Positions 1 to 19,933 of a stretch of 64,000 bases of DNA are shown here, piece by piece. How positions within the stretch are numbered: position 1 is the stretch's first letter; each line of letters opens with the position of its first letter. Location: the NCBI GenBank assembly GCA_951804945.1, contig OX638161.1, forward strand, positions 40,858,001 through 40,922,000. Reading direction: 5' to 3'. The stretch is from Podarcis cretensis (Eukaryota). Position numbers and translations under genes: made by a program. The notes beneath the pieces are model-generated. The model did not search any database. It saw only the letters and a program-made list of their open reading frames with translations, and was not told where the DNA came from.

Positions 1-200
1 CAGAGCCACTGTAGAAAGGGCCCATTCTCATATTACTACCTTCTTCTGGAGGAGGCACACACAGAAGGGCCTTGGAGGATGATTGCAAGGTGCTGCTGGG
101 TGGTTCATATGGGGAGAGCCAGTCCTTGAGGTATTGTGGTCAGGAGCCATTTAAGGCTTTATAGGTCAAAACCAGTACTTTGAATGGGGCCTGGAAACTG
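1..200 (-). mobile_element. Decayed L2-type LINE fragment
   Basis: Contains AAGGGCCCATTCTC...CCATTTAAGGCTTTATAGGTCAAAACCAGTACTTTGAAT, resembling squamate L2 ORF2 3' sequence; similar text recurs at ~16150-16330, 22500-22800 and 32590-32710. Family call is from memory. Confidence 0.5.
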
Positions 201-609
201 CTTCTGTTGGAAGCAGTTTCTGTCTGTGCCGAAACCTGGCTGAAACCCAGGTTGAAATGGATCTAGAAAATCAGTTTCCTCCCCCTGAGTTTTCTAACCC
301 AAGCTAAGCTGGCAATCCCTACCATGTCTACTCAAAAATAGGTCTAGGTGAATTCCATCTGGTAAATGGGGGTAAGGAGTGCACCTTTACTCATCATTAC
401 TACTTTCAGAGAGAGATGAGGGGGAATATGCATAGATCCTGGTTGGTCTGATTCCTTGGCTAAGATCATTCTGTCTTGGAGGCCTCCTTTGATGCAGAAG
501 CCTGCTTCTGAGCAGACATGCCTAGGAGTGTGGAGGGAATGAACTGGCAAGATGGTGAGCACTTCATACCTCAACATTTTTTAAAAAATATGAACACAAA
601 TGTTTTTCC

Positions 610-805
610 TCCAGGCGGATACAGTATTCCTCTTCTCCTAGGCCTTTGGCTAATTAAACAATATATAGCCCTTTAAACTGTGTGTGTTGGAGGCAGTATT
701 ATTTTGTTTGTTACTATGTTATGTATTTTTGTGTTTTTATGTTGTAAACCACCATGTGATCCTCAGATGAAGGGTGGCATAGAACTTTAATAAATAATAA
801 AAATA
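610..805 (+). mobile_element. L2-type LINE 3' end with AAAT/AAT tail
   Basis: TTGTAAACCACC...GATGAAGGGTGGCATAGAACTTTAATAAATAATAAAAATAA resembles the terminus of squamate L2 elements. Confidence 0.5.
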
Positions 806-863
806 ACATATTAAACTAGTCTTTATGTGTGTGTGCTGTTTTGCACTGCCTTACAACGAACTT

Positions 864-934
864 ATTCCTGCATTGCAGGGGGTTGGACTAGATGACCCTT
901 GGGGGTCCCTTCCAGCTCTATAATTCTATAATTC
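864..934 (+). mobile_element. 3' part of a CR1-tailed SINE
   Basis: TTCCTGCATTGCAGGGGGTTGGACTAGATGACCCTTGGGGGTCCCTTCCAGCTCTATAATTCTATAATTCT matches the 3' halves of the SINE copies at 4546 and 56931. Confidence 0.65.
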
Positions 935-1089
935 TAACTTAATACAGATTAATCTCCCTCAAAAACCACGTGTATGACGAAACGACCTCCCTAAAGGAAG
1001 GAACCAAGGAAACTACTATTCTTTATTCCATCGCATCCAACTGGAAAATGGAAACACGGTTTCTTTAAAGCCTGAATTTCTGGTCTTCC

Positions 1090-2400
1090 CCTCAAATGGC
1101 GGCGTCTTAAACGGCGCCAATCAGACTCTGCCCTCACCCAAAATGGCTACCGCCCTGTACGTTTTCCTTCCTATTTTCTTCTCATTCCCTGCCCTTTCTT
1201 GAGATGGCGGGCCTGCTGACTTCAACGGCGCAGACGCCTTTTAGCGAAGAAGGCGGTCGCACCGCTTCCTTTTGCAACACAAACTCAAAAAAGTCTACGA
1301 CCAACTTTTTTTGTTGTTGCCCTGAACAGCGATGGCGGCGCTGCAGCTACCAGACGCCGGTAAAGAAACCGCGCGCCTATTGGTTGGGACCATTAACAAG
1401 ACGCATGGCCATTGGGTGGGCTGCATGTGGAGACGGCTCGGGCACTGTCCAGCGGCTGCTTGGAGAAGGGCGAGGGGAGGAGGAAGAGGGCGAGCTGGTG
1501 AGTTGGAGAGAGGAGGCGGTAAAGGCGGGGTCGAGCGTGCGGAGTAGTTTTATTTCTTTTATTTTTTTCAAATTGAGATGCGGGTGCTTATCAGTTTGTT
1601 TGCCTGAGGCGGGCGAGAAGCCCGAGGAAGGGAGGGAGGCGGCGGAGGTGAGACCTGGATGGGGCGGGCGAGGGGGGCGCCGCTCCCGGGTGGGGTGGCC
1701 GGCCGGGGTCGGGGCGGGCGCGCCTGGCGGATTGCGGGGCGAAGGAGGAGGCGGGGAGGGGGCAACTTGTGGGGAGGATCGAGAGGGGGTGGAAGGAGCA
1801 AAAGGCCGCCATGTGGGGACAGATATTTGGGGCGGGGGGACCCCCATGAAGTTGGATGTTTTTTGTGGGGTGGGGAGGAGAAGGGCGGAAGGATCTGGAG
1901 GAAGCGGCTGAGGAGTCGGAGGTGGGCACCGTCCAGCCCCACACCTCACCCGGCTGCCAGGGGTGTCCACCCGGCGTTTTCTCTGCCTGGTGCCGGCGCT
2001 CTCCCTCGGAGGAAAGAGGAGCAGCCTCCGCCTCTACTCGCCTTGCCTTGCCTTCCGCCAGGGAGCGGTGCTGATCCTGCCTAGGGCAGAGCACCGGGCA
2101 CCGGGCGCGGAGGGTGGGGGTGGATGAGGAGCCGACAGGTAATCGGAGGCAGGCTCTTCCTCCCCACACCGCCGCCTCCTCTGGAGCCGGCCCTTTTAGG
2201 TCAGTGAGGGAGGAATCGGCGGGAGAGCTAAAGGGGACGGATCTTGAAGCGCTGGGGATAGTTAGGAGGCGACCCCCAAGAGAAAGAGGGGCCTGACGGT
2301 GCCCGTGCTTACCTGTGTGTGGGGTGAGCCTAAGCTGCGAAGCAGGACTTGGGGGGGGAGAGAAAGGGATCCTGAATAGACGGCAGACCCCTTTCCTCCA
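1090..2400 (+). promoter_or_regulatory. PRR14: CpG island / promoter and 5' UTR region of PRR14
   Basis: Dense CpG; several YY1-type (A/G)ATGGCGG motifs (~1095, ~1202, ~1331); CCAAT boxes (~1117, reverse ~1379); candidate donors at 1519 and 1648. TSS not determined. Confidence 0.7.
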
Positions 2401-4545
2401 GCATCCTAGAGTTGCCACTGAAATCCAGTTCTGGGAGGGATCATTGGGTCAGGTGCAACCCTGGGTTATGGTTTCCCTTTTTCCACATGCCGCACATGCT
2501 CACCTTTTGTATGCACCAAGGGTCCATCGCCAGGGATGGTGAGAGGCAGGACCAGATGGGATGATGTCTCCACTTCCGTAGGTTTTTAATATGCGTTTGT
2601 GTGTGTGGTTATCAAAGGGTGTGGCATGAGGGGATGACAAGTGTGGCAGGAAGAGTCAAGGACAGTCAATATTGTATTTTGGCAATGATTCATATTCTTA
2701 TGTAGATGCATTGTTTTAGACTTTCTGGATGCCCCATGCTTGTATTATTTCATAATTCAAATAATACACAATACAAATATATATGTTTAATAATGCAAAC
2801 AAATAATCGATAATAATAAACCAAACAGGGTATACAGAAGCTCAAATAAAACTATTCTTTTGGTATATCCATTTTTGCTAGTTGTTTTGAGCATACAAAT
2901 TGCATTGTAGTTATTTTTCCAGTTTCTGACATTTCTACTTCTACTCTTCCCTGGTAAAATTTTACAAAATCTCTGGCAATTCTTCACATTTGTGTTCCTT
3001 TTCCATGTTTTAGATGGAACAGAATGATTTAGTTCAAAATTGTTTTAATACCTCTTGTTAGTTGTTTCAAGTTAATGTGTTTTGTAACAGAGTAGTGCTT
3101 AATTTCCATGAAAACATTTTTTTGGTGCAAAAACATTGCAATTAATTTATTTTAAATGAATTTGCTGTAATACAAAAAAGAGAGTCAGGATATTATGGTT
3201 TAATTCTGCAAATACCCTTCATTGGAGAGCCTAGACCCCTGTGATGTTAGTAATATAATTTTAATTACCATCTGCTATGATAAAAATTGTTTGAAAAATT
3301 ATGTTACAGTAGTATTTCAGCATTCCTCCCTCAGTTTTTACAGTTCCATGTATGCTTAGTAAATTTTCCCCATCAAACCCAAAACCCTTCTGAAGACTAT
3401 TGACTTTTAACCTTTCTACTTGTCTGAAACCCCAATAAAACCCCTTTTGAGGGGAAATGTTCAGTTCTCTTTGAAGTCAGTCCAGGTTGCTTTGATGTTC
3501 AATGCCCATATTCATGGCCTCACTTGCAGGTAACTGCCATTTAGGCTGTCAGATCAACAATGCTAGCCGCTAATGGTTTTATTTTTGCATCCCATTTTGA
3601 AGCAAATCCTCATGCATTTTAGCTATGCTTTGATTAATTTCAGTCAGGAGGTCTTGTCCTTCTCTGGATAGTTTTAAGGCTTTTGGAACCAAGCTGGGAC
3701 CTATAGTTTCTTTTGCAGTTAAGGTATCCTTTACCCTCATTCTCTGATAGTGAAGTAGCTTTCTTTCTTGTTCAGAGCCATGGCACTTTTTGTTATCATT
3801 GCTGATCAAGTTTTGAGGAGGATCGTTGATTACACTGTACCTCTATGTCCAAGGGACAGAACTCCCATCTTTGCCTGCCATCTTTGGCAGTGGCATCACC
3901 CCCACCAATCTTCTTCCATAGTTAAGGAGACCCAGGGAATAATTATGCTGCAAAACAGGAAATTGGATAAGTAGATTTTTAAAACCCCCATAAATGCTGC
4001 TAATACCTATTAAATATTAAAATACCAACTCCTGGGAGGAAAATATTTGGATGGCAGAGATCACATTGTCTTTGCTGAAGGGAGCAGCTGTTCCAGGCTG
4101 GTTAGTCCAGGACTCTACTGAGAAAATATGGTCTGAAACAGCCTAATATTGCCACTGGCAGTAGCCCCAGCAAAATCACCTACCCTCTGCTCACTTGGCT
4201 GCTTGCCTCTTATTTGTTTCATCTTGCCATGACTTGGGACGCTTTTGTTGGATTGAGTTTTATCACCCGGCATTACTCGTTATTTCCTACCCTTCCTCCC
4301 ACAGTCTTGCTGGACCTCTTCTTGCCAGGGGTAACTTTTGAGAATAATCCCTAATGAGATGTCAAATGTGAGGAAGGTCACAGACAAGACAAATGTCTGA
4401 GCAAGGCTCCTGTCATGTGCGGAAATGTAAATCCACTAAAACGTTGGTCTGCCTTTAGTGTGTATCTGTGTTGCAGAGATGGGCAACCCATGTCCCTGAA
4501 CATGATGTTGGACTCCCAACTGCCATTAGCTCTTGCCAGCAAGGG

Positions 4546-4675
4546 CAGTTGGTAGAGTAGGAGACTCTTAATCTCAGGGTTGTGGGTTTGAGCCCCACGT
4601 TGGGCAAAAAGATTCCTCCATCACAGGAGGTTAGACTAGATTATGCCTGTGGTCCCTTCCAGTTACAAGTCTATG
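4546..4675 (+). mobile_element. tRNA(Lys)-derived SINE with CR1-like tail, nested in a short palindromic MITE (~4475-4717)
   Basis: CAGTTGGTAGAGTAGGAGACTCTTAATCTCAGGGTTGTGGGTTTGAGCCCCACGTTGGGC is a degenerate tRNA-Lys(CTT) head, followed by a GACTAGA...GGTCCCTTCCAG CR1-like tail; the flanks resemble the 8123-8259 element. Confidence 0.75.
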
Positions 4676-5623
4676 TACTGTAGACCAACACCAGTGCAGG
4701 GCAACAGGTTCCCCCTTCCTGTTGAGCCCTTTTAAAAGCTGTGGAGTGTGTTTTCTAGCTTGGATTTCCTTCTGCCTTGCTTGCTGTAGTACATACCTTT
4801 GTGGTGCTTCTGTTTCTAGCCCCCACCTTTAATTTGCTGTCCCCCATTTGGCAAGTGCCTGCTTGGTTTTGCCCATTTCCCTGGGTGGAGGGATCTGCAG
4901 AAGCAACACATTGTCTCCCACTGAGAAGTTTTCCCTTCCTACCTGAGCTTCTAGTCTTGTAGCCCTGGAGAATCTCTGTGAAGGAAGGGCGTTTTTTTAG
5001 TTGTTGCTAAGGTGCTATTTGCATGGCTCCTAATGATTTATAATTACCTTCTCTGAGGGGAAACCTAATAAGCTCTCATGCTGGCCTCTGTGTCTTGTTC
5101 AGTATCATTGGAGGGATGCATGTTTGAGCCTGCTGGTCCTTCAGAAAGGAGGGGGTGGCATTGCTAAGAGGTTTTTAGTCAGGCTGTGTACTCCCCTGAC
5201 CCACATAGGGTTCAATGCTTACACACGCTTAGCTGGGAGGAAGTCCTATTGAACCCAGGGGAGAGAGGTCTACTTCTGAGTAGACAAGAACAGGAGTGCC
5301 CTCTTAACCATCCTTTGCTTAGTTCAGTAGTAAATGTGAAGTTTTCTCCAGCTAGTAAAGAGAATTGTGATTTGCCATCCGTGCAGAAGGTTTTGACAAT
5401 CTGGGTGTGGTGTTACACATTCCATGTTAATCCTGATTAAAGTAGCATTTGGCTTTAAAAGGCAGAACTATATCTGGGGACCATGGGAATGCAGTCATTT
5501 TAATTCTGGTTTTTTCCTTTTCTGAAGCAGAGAAGTGAGGAATGAAGACCCTGTGGGCTGTTCTGGGGCGGCCACCTTCCTGATGCCAGGAAGGGGTGGA
5601 GTGTCTCCCTTCTGAGACAGGCC

Positions 5624-12928
<7,305 letters not shown>

Positions 12929-13803
12929 GATCTGAGCAGAGGCTAGAGGGAAGGGCAGCACCCCGAGGAGCCCAAGACCACTTCCTCTGTTTAACTAGCA
13001 AAAGAGGTTGCTGGTGTTGTTGTTGTTTTTTTAAAAAAACTCTACCAAAGTCACCAATACCACTCCAAGTTTCTCCTGTGGTGCTGTTTATTCTCCAGTT
13101 TCCCATCAAACCAGCCTTCTGTGCCTGTTGCCTCCTCCTCCTCCTCCCTTGATCAGTCTCCAAGCTACAAGCTCTGCTGCTTTGAAAATAGTGCCTGGGT
13201 GCCTATCTGTGCCACCTGGCCCAGCCAACATGCTGCCTGCTCTGGCACTGCACGAGTCCCCATTTGCTTGGCTCTTTGGCTCGCAAGTGGAAGGGGAAGA
13301 ATGTTTGTGGTGCCCCAGAGTTGCCCGCCCTCTGCACTCTTCCTCCTGCGCCCAGTCAGACCATCAGTGCCGTGCATGGGAGGAGCACCCAGCGCTGTTG
13401 TGCCTTCTGTTAGAGACTTAGGCCAGCAAGGGATGGGCCTAGCCAAGTGAGGGCCTAGTTGCCTTTTCTGGAGCGGCCACCGCCATCAAACCAAATAGGA
13501 ATGCAGAACCGACATGCCTGTTGGATGGGAAGGAGAAAGAAAAAAGGGACTGTGTGAAATAATCAGCAGGAACAGGTTTTTGTTATGGCACAGGGATGTG
13601 GAGGAAGAGACGATGTAGCAATAGGCTGGGCAATGGGGACGTGTCCACCTGTTTAAGCACAGACAGTGGATGGGCGGCTGGGAATCCTGAGAGAATGCCT
13701 TTGCATCTCTGGATCAAGGCCTCTGGGTGTTCCTAGCTTGAATCAACTGTTTTGTTAGGAATTATGTGTTTTTGGTTTTCATTTTTTATTAATCTATATT
13801 TCT

Positions 13804-13809
13804 AATAAA
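13804..13809 (+). terminator. PRR14: Polyadenylation signal of PRR14
   Basis: AATAAA ~875 nt after the stop codon, preceded by a U-rich tract. Confidence 0.65.
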
Positions 13810-15699
13810 CTTTGTATCTTGGGGGGAGGAAAAAACCACATATTGCCAGTTGCTCCTTAACTGGCCTTGGTGGGACCCTGAATGCAGCTTTAAGGGAGAC
13901 CGCAATAGATAATTTTCCCTTGGAACAAGGGCATAGCGACCAGAAAATGAAAATCCATAGCAAGCGGCGGATCATATATCATTGCCACAATAAATTAATT
14001 TCCCCAGCCAATGTTGCCTCCTACCAGGAATGGTGGTAGGTGCATTGGCTATGGCAAAAAGCAAAATTGCTGTGATGCGGGATCAAATGGCAAGAAAGAA
14101 GTTGAGTGAACTGCACCCGGTTGTACTACAATTGTACATGTATAAGAAGCTACAGCAATTAACAAAATATGTGGATTTGTGAAGTTGGGGGTGCATTTTG
14201 TGCAAATTCAGTAGCTGTGCCCAGTTTAAAATCTGTTTTGAGGTGGTACGTTCACCTTCAAAACTACCATAGTCTAGAGTTGACATTGGTGAAATTCACT
14301 CCGTCATTCGTTACAGGAAAAGACAGTGTGTCTGATTGATTCCTCATGGTTAGTATTGCAACAGTAACATCTCATTTTATCAAATTAACAGGTTTTGCGT
14401 GGGAGTGGAGACATTTCCATCCTATTCACTCTCGCAGGCCTTTCTTTGGTCCGTTTGTCTACTGGAAAATGCCTTTTCTTGTTAGTTGACTACTTAGGAT
14501 TTATTGATCAGCTTTTATCCCAGTACACTAGGCTCTGGTCAAAGTTTGCAAGACTCTGAAGCCCTGACAAAAGTTATTCTGCTCCACATGTGCATCAGGA
14601 GAAAGGTCCCCCTGTCTATAGTTATGTAAACTGCTTAGAGGTTTTGATGCTATATAAAACTTGTTAAATAAACATGGTACACCCTCCCTCCATACTGCTG
14701 TGGGTGAAACAAACTCTTTCTTCAAGGCTTAAGTTTGGCTACGTTCATTCTGTACTTTTGCTTCTGTTCAGTATTTTTTTATTACCTTTGCTACAGGGTC
14801 ATCTGGCAGGCCTTGCCCTCAGGTGCTTTCCTGGGTGGGGATGGTTGCATTTTTTGCTAACCTTTGCTCCGCTGTGTATCTCAGACTTCTCTTCCTCTCA
14901 GTCCTGCCTGCTTTTATTAATTTACAGGTTTTAATATTGCACAGTATACAAAGGACCTGGGCTGTGAACATACCCATAAAAGAGCACACAAAACTTATGC
15001 CAACATCTGGATGGTGATACGCAATAAATTATTGGCTGAACAACGCATTGGAAAAGCAAGCAGAAGAGGCTTAAGTGGGCATCTGAAACAAAGTACTTGT
15101 GGTGTTTGTTTCATGGTAATAGGGAGTTACAGAACCTAGGTGCAGACACATTAAATGCCCTCTTGTAGAAGAAACAAGGCAAGCAGAATGTGGTACCCTT
15201 AGTAGTCCCAGCTGCTCGGCCAAACCCAATCAAAGCCTTGCCTAGGATGCATCACTGTATTGTATAATGTTGAGCTTACAAACATCTGACACACAGTGGC
15301 CAAGCTATCCCAATCCAGGAATTGTCCTCCCAGACAAAGGTTTATAGATGGAGCTCCTGGCCATTGAGACCACATGGATCCAGGAGCACCTTCAAGATGC
15401 AAACCACCCAAGGGAGAGTCTGGAACAGACAATTTGCCTCCTGGACTTGGGAACCACTCAACCACAGTCCTTGGTCTTACTGCGATTCATTCAGCCCACT
15501 GGTCCAGCGTGTGTACAGCCTAACCTGAATCAGATGTACAGTATTAAAGAAGTAGAGCGGAATGTTGGCATACTGATGACATCCCGTTCAAAATTCCTAG
15601 CAACTTTATACGTATGGTAAAAAGAAATTGGTGATAAAGTGGTGCTTTGTAAAACCACTGTGGCACCAATGAGTGTCTTTTCAACTGCTACTCTCTGGA

Positions 15700-16330
15700 T
15701 CTAAACTTGCAGATAGGATCAGAACCACTGCAGTGCAGTGCCTCCAATACCCAGCTCACAAGAGTTGGTCCAGGAGAATGCCATGGTCAATGATATAAAA
15801 AACCACCAAGAGCTTCAGAAGAAGGAGAATGGTTATACTCCCTGTGCCTTGCTCTCAGTAGAAGTCCTCCATCGGGGCCACCAAGGCTGATTCAGTCTCA
15901 TAATGGGAAACTGAATTCCTCTTATGGGAGCGAATTCCATAGTTTATGTGCTGTGTGAAGAAGTATTTCCATTTGTCATCATTGTTTGGTGACTTTGTTA
16001 ATTGCTTTATCTTGCCCAGGGCAACTCAAAGCAACTTACAACCAAACAAGAGAAGACCCCACATACATACATTAAAACCAAGAGGAAAAGGGAATACATT
16101 AAAAACATCCCATCCACTTCTAAAAGGCCACAAATAGTTAAAAGGCCAAAGGCCTGATTATAGAGGAAAGTTTTTTCCTGTTGCCTGAAGATATGTAATG
16201 AAGGTGCCAAGCAAGCCTCCCCGAGGAGAGCATTTCACAAATGGGAAACCACTGTAAAAAAGGCCCATTCTTGTGTTGCCACCCTCTGGACCTCTTGTGC
16301 AGAAGACATACAAATAAGGGCTTCAGTGAC
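15700..16330 (-). mobile_element. Decayed L2-type LINE ORF2 / 3' fragments
   Basis: GCCATGGTCAATGATATAAAAA read on the minus strand resembles the RT motif (A)FDTIDHG; 16150-16330 resembles the other L2 copies in the window. Confidence 0.45.
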
Positions 16331-17619
16331 TGCAGGGTCTGAGAATAAAGTTTTAATATTCAGCTTCTTTGGATATCCACAAGTTCTAGTGTTGGGGAGA
16401 GGAATGCCTGCAGTTGTTATGCTATAACCTTCTCTAGGCACCTTACTAATAATACACAACTGGTTGGTAGTTACTCTGCATCAGATGGTCCAGGGTGCCC
16501 TTGCCTTGTTGAGAACACTGGAGACCACCCTCTTAAACAGACATGCATTAACTACATTCTGAACCCGCCCACTCACATATTTTCTGCTAGTTTTTATTAG
16601 CAAATGAGGGCAAGGAGCAAGAGAGCACATACGGTAGTTAGACTCATTGCTGCAAGCACCCTGCCCACATCGTCAGGCCACATCAGCTGAAATTGATCCT
16701 ACAACACCAGTTTAGACATGCATGGCATTGGGCATCTCAACAGACTGCAACAACGAAGTCCTTCCAGAGTTCAGTGACTTTGTCTTCAAGGTATAAAGCA
16801 AAAGGACTACAAAGACCTAGGTTATCTAAACACAAGTATGCATCTAGAATAATAGAAGGGACCTCAAAACACATTTAGTCAGCTGATAGACAAAATCTGT
16901 GACTGCTCCATCCACTGTGGTTAAAACAGCTCATATCATCAGTAAGTTCTTTATAATGTTTAATTGAAATATCCTTTCTTGTAATTTGAAGCTGTTAGTT
17001 TGGATCTACCCTGAATGACAGGAAATGAATTTGCGCTATGTAATAGCAATTCAAAAATTCAAAAGTTGCTGCTCTATTTCTTCTTAAACTAACCCTCCTC
17101 TGCATACCTACCTATTTTTCTAATTGGACTTGATTTCCTTCCCCCTCACTGTACTGGAGGTCTTCCTTTGAGCAAGCTCCAGTTTTTAATTAAACTCTAA
17201 ATCAGGTTGTTGATAATGCGCCCCCCCCCATTTCTAATTCTTTACAGTCACAGTGCAATATAAACTTCTGTCAAAGTACTAATGTAGAATGTATTCCTTG
17301 ATCAAAGTCTTAACTATTATAAATAAATACGTTGAATTCTGAAAAAAGAACAATGCAGAAGGATTGATCATATCTGATTCATCATAGTTTCAGCTACTTT
17401 CATCAGACCAAAGTGGATAACAATTTTTTCTAACAAATGCTTTTTGAAATTCAGTGCAGGGCTATTGTTAGTGGAATAGTATCAAGGCTGAGAGATACCC
17501 CTGTAAAAAATCCCAGAGCAGTTCTGGCAGACAACGCAGACAATCCTCTACTGAATGAAGGGTTCAAAAGTACTACTTTATGCGGGAGCTTGGAAAGTAA
17601 CAGTTCCCTTACGGAAGGA

Positions 17620-19150
17620 TGGCATCACATGGTAGTGTTGTGACGTCATCAAGTTCGCCTTCGTCCTCAAGGGTCTGCTACAGCAGAGGCGTGTGGCGCC
17701 GAGCCCTATGACATCACGCGCTGGCGTTATAACATCACCGTGCGAGGTTGCTGCGAAGAAAGTATGACATCATTGCATCACGTTTGTCTCCGTGAAACCA
17801 TGACGTCACCCTGCGGAGGACGGAAGTGACTCTGAAGGCGGGGGTGTTGGTTTAAGGGAACACCCTCCACCTCGAACAGTCTCCAAGGGGCGGGTGGGCG
17901 GAAACAGAGGCTAACCGAAGGGACTATTTCCTTTTCTTTTTCCAGCGGAGGGATTTTTTAAATGGTTCCATCAACGCAGAGGGCGGAGGGATATGACGCT
18001 GTGGGAGGAGTTGCGTGCCGTGCGCAGAGACGAAGGGGATCCGGCAGAGGCTGCTAGAGGGAGAGGGAGAGTCGGGGGGCAGCCGCGGAGACGGAGCGGG
18101 GAGGGGGCAAAGGACGGCCAGCCGAAAGGGCCCCCCACCCAGGCGCGAGGGGGACGGGAGCGCCACGCCAGCCCGCCTGCCGGCCTCCCTCCCTGCAGCC
18201 GGACCCTGCCAGCCAGCCAGCCACCCCTCCCCCATCCTTACTCACCTCACCGCTTCGGCCAATCAGCTGTGGGGGGGCCGCGACGATAGCGGAGGGTACC
18301 AGCCTCGCAGCCAATCAGCGCCAGGGGCTCGCGGGGCCGCTTGCCGCGAGCCTGGACGGAGGCGAAAAGGTGGGGTGAGTTGAAAAGCCCCCTCAACGGC
18401 CGGCGCTCTTAAAGGGACAGCTTGGGGGGGCCGCGAGAAGAGGGGGCACTTTCAGCCGGAGGACAACAACCCCCCCCAACCGCCAGCGCCTGTCAATGGA
18501 TTTAAAGGGAGCCCGGCCCTCTTAAAGGGGAGTTCTTCTCGGGCCCTCATTGTGGCTGAGAGGGAGGGGTGGCCCTCAAAGGTGAAATTTGGGTTTCCCC
18601 GGAGGACCTTGAACGCTGGATCCTTAAAGGGCAGCGCAAGCTGACAAGGAGGAAAGAGAAATGCTTGGAGGGCTTTTCATTCCGGTCGTTGGGAGAGTCG
18701 GTGCCTGACAAGGGAGAACTTTAAATCCACATTCTTAAAGGGGAGGCCATGCTTTGGCAGGAAATGTGTGGCGGACTCAAAATCGAACACTCTTAAAGGG
18801 GAAATTGAGAGACAGAGATCCGGACCCTTAAAGGCAAGGTCACACCCTGTGGGAGGAATCCGGGAGGCCTCTTCTTCACGGACGGAGGTTCGCGAGGAGG
18901 AGGAGGAAGGTGTCGCTTCCCGGGAAAGCAGAAGAGGAAGAAGAGATGGCCCCGCGGAGCCGCTTCCCTCGCGGGGAGCCCTCGGCCGAGCGGAGGAAGT
19001 GAGAGTTGCCCTCTGGGCGGAAGCCGCTTGCCATTGTTGGCAGGAGCCACCTCCGCAGTCTTAAAGGGGAGGCTGCCCAGGCTGGCAGCTCCGTCGGGGG
19101 CGAACCCCCAATTCCCCTGAGGGAAAGTCGAAAGTGACAGTTTCGCGGTT
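17620..19150 (+). promoter_or_regulatory. FBRS: CpG island / promoter and probable non-coding first exon of FBRS
   Basis: CpG-rich; TGACGTCA at 17641 and 17801; ETS CGGAAGTG at 17821; GC boxes; CCAAT boxes ~18259 and ~18311; consensus donor GG|GTGAGT at 18374/18375; candidate acceptor TTTTCCAAG at 19780. Confidence 0.7.
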
Positions 19151-19933
19151 CATCTTCGGGGGGAAAAAAACCACACAGATAGGCACTTAAAGCAAAGGCT
19201 TCCTTCAACCTGCAAGAAAGTTGCCATGCGCTGGGGTTTGTTTTAAAATTGGGTTTTACAAACAAACAAATATATATATATATATTTAAAGGCACACTGT
19301 GTCACAGTTGGAGGGATGTAAAACCCTTGTCCAAGGCAAGGGTGTTTTGACAGATTTCCTTCCTCACCCAAACAAGAGGCTCCATGTTAGAGAGATCTCT
19401 GTGCGCTGGCAGGGGCTGATTTTATGTAAAGGAAGAAAAAGTTACTGGATTACCTTCCGCTTCTTAGAGTTCTATGTTGAAAGTATTTAATTCTTTTTAA
19501 TTTAATGGTCTTGCCTTTAAGACAAAGACCAAAAACAAGCAGAAAAAAACAGAAGTTGCCATCCCTGTCACTTGAGAGGGAATTAAACTTGAATGAAAGG
19601 AGAGTTGCTTTGACTTTCCCAGAGCAAAGAGGATCCTCTTGTGTGGGCTCTCTAAATGTAAATCAAGGAAAGGTTGCTGACAACTGTAAGGTGTAAAGGC
19701 CAAGGATTTTTTGTTTTGGCCACGAAATACAAAACCCCTTTTTTTACGGAAAAGAAGAGCCTCGTTCTTGCTTTTCCAAGTGGCATCTGTGGAAGAACAA
19801 GGGCTCAGTTGAGAGCAGCTGCAATGCAACTGGCTGGGGAAGGGTGAAGAGTGTCCCCCCCCCACCTCCTTGCATGTCTGCAGTATCCACAGGACACAAC
19901 ACGACACATTCTCTGTACCTCAAGGGGGGAACC

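Noticed and set aside
1204-2542. Overlapping 140-275-aa ORFs on both strands
   Set aside because: They lie in the PRR14 CpG island; GC-rich DNA lacks stop codons, and the products are low-complexity G/P/R sequences with no recognisable domain.
4546-4605. Apparent tRNA-Lys gene (also at 56931-57005)
   Set aside because: Acceptor stem is degenerate and the sequence continues into a CR1-like tail, so these are SINE heads, not tRNA genes.
18015-19933. Open frame from FBRS candidate exon 1 (GTG 18015) that would splice 18374->19781 in frame with the FBRS CDS
   Set aside because: No ATG, the splice itself is unverified, and several frames are open in this GC-rich exon by composition; the evidence is too weak.
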